From: the human T2T-CHM13v2.0 reference genome, Homo sapiens
DNA length: 64,000 bases
Assembly (NCBI RefSeq): GCF_009914755.1
Contig: NC_060934.1
Reading direction: 5' to 3' (one strand)
In this document: positions 53,140 to 64,000 of the stretch, piece after piece
How the letters are laid out: every line of letters starts with the position of its first letter
How positions within the stretch are numbered: the stretch's first letter is position 1
Program-made: the position numbers and the translations under genes
The notes under the pieces: generated by a model
The model's database searches: none
What the model was told of the DNA's origin: nothing
The model's input: the letters and a program-made list of their open reading frames with translations, nothing else

Positions 53140-54000
53140 TTCACTCTCTCTAGTTTCTTCTGGCTCCTCACATGGGTCACACACCCTCTTCCTACAGGGA
53201 TTTGGCACTTGCTGCCTGAAATAATCTTCCCTCTCCTCTTTGCTAGATACCACTTACACATCCTTTAGATAAAAACTCTATTATCAATTCCTTAGGAAGC
53301 CTTCTCTGACCTCTTGATTAGGCAAATGCTCATTCTCAGAGTACCATGGCATGCATTTTGGATAGCTATATTCATATAACAATTTGTGTGGCTGTTAGAT
53401 TAGTATCTAACTCCTTTCCTGGGCTATAACTTCTCTGATTTCATTTACTTTGGTACTCAGCACTGAACATGATACTTCCTAGATGTCCAATGAATATATG
53501 GTAAATGAATGAATAAATGAATGCCTTTGGTGAAAACACTAACAGCCCCAGGCTGAGCCTATATTTCCCTATATGCAGAATAGGAATAATGAAAGTAAAC
53601 TGCCAGGGTTTTTGTGGTAGATTGGATCATACAGCATCTATAAATGGCCTTGCATGTTGTCTGGCACAGGTTCTGTCACCCCTTACCTTCAATTTATTTT
53701 GTTCTCTATTTCCCAGTGCCCAAGTGTGGCAAGGTCTCTCTCTCCCTGCCTAGGGCTTTAATCTGAAGTTAGCCCTGCAGGAGAGAGATGCATAATGCTA
53801 AGAATATCGACCTTATGTCAAATCCACATGCAGAGAGGCCATGGAGCACCTTATCTCTCTTAAGCCTCTCTTTTCTCACCAGTAATGTTAGGATTTTAAT
53901 AACGCATAGCTCATAAGGTTGTTATTGGTAATACACTGAAAAGTACTTAGCACAGTACCTGATGTGATATTCAGGAATCAATAGTTGTTGTTATTATTTT
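53140..54000 (+). mobile_element. L2 fragment followed by MIR fragments
   Basis: L2 3' end (aatgaatgaataaatgaatg at ~53505-53523); MIR cores at ~53550-53670 and ~53855-53995. Confidence 0.6.
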
Positions 54001-54490
54001 TGTCTGTATCACAGGGACCCAGTTAGATGTTCATGAAAAAAAGAATATATGAAGACTGGCCCAGAGTTTGCCACATCCTAAATATTCTATTAGAATCCTG
54101 TGTAGTTAAACCAGCCAGAGGGCTATCCTGCTGACCAGGGGAAAGGTCCTGCAAAGCCAGGGGAGCATCACTACACTATTTTGGTTGGAGGGTTTCCTTT
54201 TGTAAGTTGGCTTCTCAGCCTTGTCAATTCAGCAAAATGCATTTTGCTGAAATTTGAAAATGCTCACTTGATCATATTTCCACTTATTCTTTCTGAATAC
54301 AGCTCTCGTTGAATCCTGCTAAGATTGGCAGTTCCATTTTTCAGTTCTCAAAGGACATCTTAAAGGATAAAGGAAAATTCTATCCACTGTAGCTGGCTGT
54401 GTATCACTGCAAAAGAGTTTGTATGAGACTAGCTTGAGCTCTAGGTAGACAGGAAAAGAAACTGCAGAGGATGAGCCAAATAGATGAACC

Positions 54491-54695
54491 AAAAAAGCCA
54501 AGAAAGAGAGAAACAGAAAAAGAAAGAAGGAAGGAAGAAAGGAAGGAAGAAAAGAAAGGAAGAGAAGAAAGAAAGAGAGAGAGAGAGAAAGGAAGGAAGG
54601 AAAGAAGGAAGGAAGAAAAAGAAAGAAAGAAAGAGAAAAAAGAGAGAAAGAGAGAGAAAGAAAGAAAGAAAGAAAGAAAAAGAAAAAAGAAAAGA
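54491..54695. repeat. (GAAA/GGAA/GA)n compound simple repeat
   Basis: 181 consecutive purines at 54515-54695. Confidence 0.95.
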
Positions 54696-55539
54696 CATGA
54701 AGACATTTTGTCATCAAACACAGACTGTGTCTGATTTCTTGAATAGAGGCAGGTTGACATTAACAGGGCCAGGGGGAATTAGGGAGGACCCCAGCGAAAA
54801 TCAACATGCTTCCAAGAAGTTTTTTCAAGTAGAATATTGCAAAGATGAGGCTAAGACTCCATTCAGGAAGCAACTTCTTATCCTTGAGCAGAGGGTCTGC
54901 TGAGTCAGCCTGCAAGTGAATCTTATCCTTATACATCCTGCCAGAACAAGGAGAAATGCTTAAAGAAACTCCAACAGAAATATAGGATAGAGCAGGGAGA
55001 CGCCTTGTGGGTCATGGGAAATATCTTGGAAAGACTCCTATCAATAGCCCTACCCTCCACGTGGATTTAACTTCAGGAGATCTCTACAGGTCTAGAATTA
55101 GAATTAGGACAATTAATGACTCTCATTATAGCAGTACATGTTTAAGTTCTGGCTTACCCCACTGGAAATGGAACTTATTTAGCCTCTGTCTTATGTGGGT
55201 GAATAGTAACCTGCTCTGCAAGGCTGCTGGTACATGTTACTCCAGCTCAGACACAGTGGCTAACAAAGACTTCAATGGTTCTTCAGTATTACCTGGGTCA
55301 AAGAGGAATATTTTAGAGCAACTGAACCATACACTATAGAATGAATGCTAGGCAATTATATGTGGTTATTTTTGGTGCATACATACATACTCTCATCAAG
55401 CTGTAATTAATATACTTCAGGATTTGTATTATCTCTAATCATTCCCTCAACACCAAATTAAAGAGCTGCTTGATGTCTTTGGTCAGATATCTCCCTTGTT
55501 CACTCAATTTTCAATTTTTATTTTTGCAGATTGGAAAGA

Positions 55540-55770
55540 TGATGTAGCCTTTGAGGGCACAGAGACCAGAGCTGAGATCCTGGGTGTGCCATTTACTAAG
55601 TGTATAGCCTCAGGCAAATTGTTAAACTTTCTAAATTCATTTCCTCCACCAGAGAGCCAGAATAATAATACTCACCCCCATAGGATTAGTATAAGGATCA
55701 AATGAATTCATGGAGGTAAAACATTTTACACCATGACTGGCAAGAGTGAGACAAAGCCAATGTTAATTCT
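55540..55770 (+). mobile_element. MIR
   Basis: tgccatttactaagtgtatagcctcaggcaaattgttaaac...taggattagtataaggatcaaatga. Confidence 0.7.
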
Positions 55771-56634
55771 CTTTCTTTTCTCTTTCCATATTCTAGTGTA
55801 CATTGGACTAATTTCATGTTTACTTCACAGTTTTATGCAAACTACAGAGAACTTTTCAACTTGCCCTTTCAGAAAGTTTGGACTTTAATCCAGAATCTTC
55901 ATCAACCATGTACAAAGCTCTAGCTACTGCTGTTTCTAATCTGCTACTCTCTAGACCGGTGCACTGCTTGAACTTTAGGAAGTCTCTTCTTCCCTAATTC
56001 TAAATTGATCACTGGGAATAAATTTGGCTTCTCTTTTTCTATCTGGCTCATGTGGGGAGGAGGAATTCTGAGATTATCATGACTTTTCATGGCAGGAAAA
56101 TCACTTCCAAATTAAGTGTCCATTTAAAATATGCCCTAAGTTGACAAAGTCATTGATTTTGTTATCATTCCAAACATGGTTCCAGGTAATATAGTCAATT
56201 CTTGCACTGTCATAGTGGCATGGACAAAGCAAGAAGTAGCTTCCATTTACACTGTTTTTGGATCCGAACCCTCCTGTGCTTGGAGCTGAGAAGAGAGTCC
56301 ATATGCTTGGACTGCAGTGGCGAGGGCTTTGGAAATCATGTCTTGCAGTTGGCAGGGGAGTGGGGCCCTGGGCTGGTCAGGGAAGAGTGTTAATATAATT
56401 GAAAGTAATTATGTTGACAAAAAGGGGAATTGTAAGGGCACCTCATAATTACAAACAGATGCGTTTGGATAATAGCAACCAGTCTTTCAGGGGCCCAGCA
56501 GACGGATGATTCGGCAGGGACTCATATCCCCAGTGGGGCAGAAATGCCTTGACACCTCTGATAACCCAAATATGGCAAGTCAGACTGATGGAGTTATTTG
56601 CAGAGAAAATGGCACACAAAGAAATCAGATGAGG

Positions 56635-57915
56635 AGGTCAGTATGGTAGGAAAAGCTTAGGTTTTAGAGCCAGATAGACTGATTTAATTCCAGATATACC
56701 ACTTAATAGCTGTATGCCTTCATATTAACTATTCAAGCAAACTGTGTCTCTTTCTTTATCTCTAAACTCCTGAGACAATATCTGTTATACATTTTGAAGT
56801 TATTAGTAGAACTTAGGAAATATATGTAAACTGTCCAGCAGATAAAATACACACAATAGATGCTAGTGCAACTTGAACTCAGTGTTTGCACAGCCTCTTA
56901 ACTGATCTCCTTGCTACCATTTTGACCCCAGGATCAGCTGTTCTCCAGCAAATTCTTTTATAACATAAGTCAGAACACACAACTGCTCAAAAATTGCTAA
57001 CAGTGTCCCACCACACTTTGACTAAAATCCAGGATCCTTAGCCTGTAAGATCTGGGATCAGGTCTTACAGCTCTCAGACCTCCTCTTCTCACACTTTCCT
57101 CCTTTCTAGTGCCCTTTATCCAAGATGATATCTTGGTTATTTCAGCATGTCAGACTTTTTCCACCAGATGTTTGCGTGCCTGGTTACTTGTCACCACTCA
57201 TGTCCCAGCTTATATATCACAACTCAGAAGAGGCCTTCCTTGACTGCTATCTTGGTTTGCACTTCCTAGAAAAACTGCCTGAGGGATGGGTTTGGGAAGA
57301 CATGATTTATTGAGAGTGTACACTTAGGAAAAATCTGTAAAGGAATGAGGAAAGCAGGGAGGGGAAGAGGAAAAAAGAGCAAGGATTTGGTCTTAGATGT
57401 GGTCTTAGGTAATGTCTAACTTTGGACAGACCTGTGGATGGGGGTGGTGAGCGGATCTGGAGCATAAATCACACCTCACAGGTGGCCTGCCTTGAAGGAA
57501 GGGGTCAGGCTTTCATAAACAGCATCAATCAGTCATTGGCTGCCCTGCAGGTATCTTCTATCACCTGAGGATAATTCTCCTGAAAAGACTGTCAGTTTAA
57601 GCCACTGGCCATAGACTTATCCTCCAGTAGCTGGAGGAGGAGTGCACCAACTTGTAATGAGGATCTTGTGGGGCATCTGCTCACCTGCACAACCATCTGG
57701 CCCAATTTTTCCATCTATGGACTCTATTCCATAAATCTATTTCAACTTTTTGGTTGACATTTATCCTCGCTTAATATTTTTCTTGCTAATTATTTGTTGA
57801 TTTTCTGTCTCTGTGACTACAGTATACGATCTTGATAGCAGGGACCTTGTCTGTTTTGTTCATGGGTATATATCCAGACTCTAGAACAAACACTGGTTCA
57901 AGGAGTGAATGTGGA
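56635..57915 (+). mobile_element. MIR, then L2 interrupted by an old ERVL LTR (LTR16/LTR33-like, ~57245-57690)
   Basis: MIR core at ~56640-56870; L2 3' end gcagggaccttgtctgttttgttca; LTR motif tgcctgagggatgggtttggg...gatttattgagag. Confidence 0.5.
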
Positions 57916-58919
57916 TTGCCACGCACCTTCTCATTCTGAAATGGAAAAAAAAACAGTTTATGTTCAGACAAAGAATATTGAAACTAAAATGAAGACAAGG
58001 ACCATTCAGACCTTGTCATGGTCACCTGCTCCCCCAAGTTCCTCTGTTTCCTTTGTTATTTTTATGTTTCATCAGTGAAAAATCAGCTGACTTTTTTAAG
58101 CATTCCAAAGAATCTTGCTTATAAACTCTGTTTTCTAAAACAACGATATCTGCCACCAGGGAGGCAAAGTCATCTTTCAGCATTTACCCTGAAATATTTA
58201 CAGAACAGATTTGAAGGAATGGAAGGGAAAAGCTATTTCCAGAAGCTTATTTCCCTCACTTATTTAATACGACTTTCCCCCAAAGATATTTCCCAACCAG
58301 TTAATTGCTAAAGGGACCAGATTTTAAGAAAAACATATTTTCTACAGATGAAGTTATTCCCTTCCTTCCCCAGATCTTTCATGTGTATCAAAGCACAATA
58401 TGTTTTTTGTGTTACTATTGTCTCCTGCTCCCTCCTTTTCTTTAGGGAAAGGAGATTATGGCCAAATAGCAATATGTTAGAAGATAAATATAATAATGAG
58501 ATGTATGCCTCTGCTTCATACTGTGTCTACACAAACCATATATGCACATGCCTTGTTGAAATATAAGGGAGGCCAACAGTTTTTGTAGCAGCCTTTCTGA
58601 AAGTTCCAGCTTTTCATGAATCTTCTGGTCATCAAAAATTCCAAAGATTGAGACATTCTGAATTATTTAAATAAGGAGCCAGAGGCATGAGCAAAATAAG
58701 TTGCATCTAGGAATTGATAAGAAGACAGTCCAGAGGCCTGTGCCATTATAATGTAAAATAATAATATGCTATTTGATGTATTTACGAAGCACCAAGCACT
58801 GGGCTATGTGATTTCAAACATTACCTCATGGGATCCTTCGAAAATGCTGTGAGATGCACAATAAGTTTTACAGATAAGGAAACTGGTAGACACAGAGGAT
58901 ATGCACTAACCACAGATAG

Positions 58920-59525
58920 TTTAGTGGCCATTTGTTGTTTTTCCTCTCCAGCATCCATTTACCATTCTTTTGGCCATGACACTCTGATTTGTCTTGGGAA
59001 TCCCTTTCCTGGACTTTAAGTACATGTATTTCCATTACCTAGGTCTGGATAATCAGATTGTTTCATTGTCTTGGCCGCCTTATGGGTTTGGGGATGGACA
59101 CACGGCCTAAGCCAGGCAAGTGAGATTAACCTCCTGGATTTTCCTGGAAATATTGGGAAAGAAATTACCTGTTTCTCTTGGGATTTCTCAGGCAAGTGAA
59201 ATTAAGCTTCTGGATTTTCCTGGAAATGTTGGGAAAGAAATTATCTGTTTCTCTTGGGATTTCTCAGGCAAGATAAGTATAGCTAATTGTGATGAACTTG
59301 CCACCTCTAGGGGAGGAAGAAGTTGGTGACAAAAAACTGACATTAAGGAAAATAGAGACATGAGATAGAGATGTAGTCTTAAGGTCCTAGTTGAGCACCT
59401 ATATTCCACTAGTGCTGAAGTTGTTTTGTACCATGGGATTTCGGGGGGAACAAATACATTTCCTTTATTCTTTAAGACAGTTTAAAGTAGAATTCTCTCT
59501 CTAGTAATTGGATGAGTCTTAATAT
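58920..59525 (+). mobile_element. Old MLT1-type MaLR LTR carrying a 76-bp tandem duplication
   Basis: MLT1-like 3' end (aacaaatacatttcctttattctttaagacagttt...gagtcttaata). Confidence 0.55.
59113..59272 (+). repeat. 76-bp tandem duplication (two copies plus 8-bp junction repeat caggcaag)
   Basis: 59113-59188 vs 59189-59264, 5 mismatches. Confidence 0.95.
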
Positions 59526-60944
59526 AGAATTAAATAAGTAATGGTGACCTTGAATATTAACTGAAGCATGGCTGGCCCTCCTCCTCACAATGTTTGTGTA
59601 CATAGCTGGAGAGCAGTCACATTCCAAGCATCAAGCAAAGGGGAAGAAATTGAATGTTTAATCTGCTTTTTCTTCTGTGCTGTTAGCTATTTTAAAAATC
59701 ACTCTTATCCAACTGGCCACAGAACTAACCTAGAAGAGGACGAATGAGAACCAGAATTACAGATTGAAACAATAAAGGAATATAGGCTTAGAATTAAACA
59801 GTACTTGGTTGAAATTTAAGCCCCGACACTACCCATCAAGTGACTTTGGAGGATTGCCAAACCTCTCCACTCCAGTTTTCTTGTCAGTAAAATGTGTTAA
59901 TAAAACCTACCTGGTAGGGCTATTAAGAGAAATACATAACAGCATGCATAGTGCATTCGATCCCAACCCCAAGTAAGTCGCTATCTGATTATGACTGTTG
60001 AAGTTCACACATACTGGCATAGAGAAGTGTTTAGGAGTTTTTCCTCCATGAGTGCCTGCAAATATTACTTTCTGGTTTTAGGGTAGGTAAATGAGGTAAG
60101 TTGGGCTCATTCTCTAAGGGCTTGAAGAACTAGTTATATGAATACCTTATAGACTGTTAGAAGGAGGGCATGTGTCTAAATGAAACCAACCCAATTGTTA
60201 GGGAATTTCATTTTAAATAACTGATTATGTCTTTGACATCTTGTCAAATAACTAATTTGACTGATTTTCCTCTTCCCTCTGAATAAAGGCTACCTGGATT
60301 GATTAAGCCAATGAAGTTTCTTGACAATGTGTAATAATACCAGGGACATCATTCATCTCCATGATAGCCACTTGTCAGCAAGTAGAGCATGCACCCTGTA
60401 CAGGAACCAGGTGTGTACAAGGCCATCTACATGCTGTAGAGTCCCTTAAAGCCAGTGGCTTATGGTAATAAAAAATCTAGTTAGAGTTAGGGCATAAATA
60501 ATGACTTTAAAAGAAGTCTGGACAGATTTTTCTCCTGAAGAAAGAGGTCATGCCTTTATCGTCTTCTTGCTACATGCAGCCTATTGGGACAGTCACAGGG
60601 CCATGTAAGGTGTAATGAGGAATAAAACTGCAAGAAAATGGAAGGAGACCCATTCTTGGCTGTGGTTATTAGAGTCCATTTATTCAATGTGCATTTATTG
60701 AGTGCCCACTAGGTGCTAGGAAGTGTTCAAGGTGCTAGGATACCTATAAAAACCCTCTTTCTTGTGGAGCTTAAAATCAATTAGGAGGATACAGATAAAA
60801 ATAAGTAAATTTTCTAGTATAGTATGTTGGAAAATGGTTTAAGTACTGTGAAAAAAAAAACAATAAAGCAAGGAAGGAGAATAAGAATGATTGATGCCAG
60901 AGGGCAGGAGGTATAAGGATTGTAACTAAAAAGCAGGTACTCCT

Positions 60945-61232
<288 letters not shown>

Positions 61233-61270
61233 AGCACTTCTGAAGGCCTCAATAAAAACATGATGTTTGA

Positions 61271-61865
<595 letters not shown>

Positions 61866-62106
61866 GGAAATGAAGAAAACCATGTGGGTTTTTGGGAGAA
61901 GAGGGTTCCAGAGGTGTGCCTTCCCTGTGTGAGGACAGCAAAGAGTAATGATGGGAAGGGGTAGGAAAAAAAAGTCAGAGAATGGGCAGAGGCAAGATGG
62001 GATGGCATGGGCTGGGGGGCTGGAGTGCCAAAAGCCTCTCCTTCCAGAGAGAGGACACGCCACCAGAAGTTCCTGAGCAGCCGTCACTTGTGTTTGGAGC
62101 GTCCCC

Positions 62107-62126
62107 CTGCTGCTGCTGCTGCTGCT
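62107..62126. repeat. (CTG)6 short trinucleotide repeat
   Basis: ctgctgctgctgctgctgct. Confidence 0.9.
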
Positions 62127-62149
62127 CTGAGACAGACTCTGGAGGTACA

Positions 62150-63080
62150 CAGGGAGGGGGCGGGATATGAGCATACAGACCCAGTGCCCCGTTATGGCAA
62201 CGTAGGTGACCAAGGACAGTGAGAAATAGCCAGCTTATGGGATAACGTCACAGATTGTGCTCGGGCTTCACATAATGGACTAGGGTAAAGTAAGCAGCAA
62301 TCTAAAGACCTGAGCAACATGGACAGGCTCTCAGGTCAAGGAAGGTGAGGCAGTTTAGCAAGGTGCCACGTTGGGATCATAGACAGGGCTACAAATCTGC
62401 GGCTGGGAAGATAATTTCCTCAGCCTTAAAAGTGAGGCAAAGAGGGACTGGGGGAGTAGTGGCTATCACGGAGGTCCCAAGAGTGGCAGGGCTCAGCAGC
62501 AAGGCCTGCAGTGGTGCTGGCGGTGGTGGGCGGGACTTGTAGAGCCTCTTAGAGGCTAGATGAGGGGCAGGAGGCAGGCACGCGAAACCCCAGGGTGCCA
62601 GACAGAAAACGAGCGCCTCTGAAACAAGGTGGAAACGGGGCTAGGGTTGGGGTTAGAGTTCGCCTCCCCCAGCCGAGGGGCTGCACCTTGTTCACATCCG
62701 GAGGAGGTGAGGGGCCCTGTGGGTGGGGGCGGTGCGAATGGGAACAGTAGAGGCACAGGGACAGCCTCATCAAGGCTTTCCTTTTGTGCGAAATCTGAGT
62801 GAACATAGAAAGTGGCTCCTTCTCTTCCTGGGAGAGACACTGATTGAAGATGATGCCCCTAAGTTGTATCGCAGAAAATGAAGCATGGCTCCTGGTGAGT
62901 GTTATTTTCTGCCTCCCTGCCCTCACCCTGAGCGGTGCTGAGGTGCAGCTGCCTCATCCTTCACCGGCTTCCTCTGTGCAGGAGGCTGCGCGCACCCCGG
63001 GCGAGGAGCATCTCTCACCCGGACAGCGGGGATCCAACCGCACTCAGGGCTCGCTTTGTTAATCTTCCAAATCCTTCAGG
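62150..63080. promoter_or_regulatory. GC/CpG-enriched candidate promoter or enhancer
   Basis: About 25 CpGs in 62460-63060 in non-repeat DNA; GC boxes at 62157, 62528 and 62727. Confidence 0.45.
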
Positions 63081-64000
63081 CCAGAGCACAATCCCTTGCA
63101 GAGGCCTGAATCAGAGCACCAACAGGAAATGAAGGGGAGAAGAGAGCCGCACTCATTAACCTTTTCCTTTCAATCAGGCCAGTACCAAACTTCTCGCCTG
63201 TAACTCTCAAAGCTCTCACCGAATCAGGGTCTCGGAGATGAGTAAATGAAGGAGCTGAAAACAGTTGAGTGACTTGCCCGAGGTCACCCCCACCCTAAGT
63301 TTCTGGTCCCAACACCGCAATCCCCTCCATTTCATCCTCTGTCTTCAGTAGAGGCTCCAGGAAGGAGATATTCAGCCTGCCCGACTCTTTTGTTTTGAAT
63401 AAAAAGTCACATCTGCTTAGGCATCACTGTGGTTGCACCTTCTTCCCCCAATTAATGACAGGGACACTTTCCTTTGTGAAAGTGAAACCCCAAGTTTCTC
63501 TCCATGATGGCAGAGGGAGAGTGAATGCCCAGCAATGACTACGCAGAGCCAGACTCTGGCAGGAAGGAAACTGCCCTGTGAGCCATGACTGGCCAAGCAT
63601 CTCTGAGGGCCATGAGCTCCCCTGCCATGCCACAGGAAAGCATTTCGCACCCTATAGGGGCCTGCAGGTTACTGAGAAAAAGGAATGAGGGAGAGACATA
63701 TTTTCTGGATACACTGTTTGTGACAAGTTTTGTGCTCAGTCTTTTTATATACATGATTTTATTTAATCCTCACCGCTTTAGGAAGACATTATTTCCCTGA
63801 GGAAACTGAAGCTCAGAGTGTTTACCCAGACGATGAGTGGCTTTTCTGGGAGGCAGGTGCAGCCCTGGGTGCACCTGAAGCCTGTGTTCACTGCAGCATG
63901 AGCCCTAGAAAAAGCCCCTCTAGTTCTAGTTCTGGCAAGCTCTGGTGGCAACTCTCTCATTCTTTTCACCAAGAGTCACCAAAATTAAATCCAGAAAATC

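Noticed and set aside
54319-54903. Several overlapping 85-139 aa ORFs rich in K/E/R or F/L/S
   Set aside because: Artefacts of the stop-free purine simple repeat
57043-57070. 12-bp stem, 4-nt loop hairpin (ctgtaagatctg-ggat-caggtcttacag)
   Set aside because: Too short for a pre-miRNA and lies in decayed L2 sequence
58152-58166. CTCF-like motifs (ccaccagggaggca; also ~59300 and ~8350)
   Set aside because: Each deviates from the core consensus at key positions; unsupported without data
62107-62126. (CTG)6 as an expansion locus or poly-amino-acid coding tract
   Set aside because: Short, and not within a credible coding exon

Overview
Repeat-rich, apparently non-coding primate DNA, most likely human because it contains a near-pristine AluYb8, a human-specific subfamily. 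I find no credible protein-coding exon, tRNA, rRNA or CRISPR array; the ORF track is explained by Alu, L1, MaLR, ERV and simple repeats or chance. Main structures: (1) a complete non-coding MER41A-type provirus on the minus strand (8441-14961; two 554-bp LTRs, 4-bp TSD, PPT, displaced PBS); (2) a nested stack of an old L1M fragment, a full-length L1PA16/17-like element (37065-45823), a full THE1A element (41588-43900) and a ~38-bp TPRT micro-insertion; (3) about ten Alus, including an AluY inserted in inverted orientation inside an AluS; (4) a weakly CpG-rich promoter/enhancer-like block near 62.1-63.1 kb. The most distinctive observation is a complex templated insertion in L1 ORF2 (~40968-41027) holding an inverted 40-bp copy of the neighbouring THE1A LTR junction, a fossil template-switch repair event. 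Two local tandem duplications double NF-kB-like and STAT (GAS) motifs. I see no evidence of a novel coding system. Repeat subfamily names come from recalled consensus sequences, and MIR, L2 and old-L1 boundaries are approximate.
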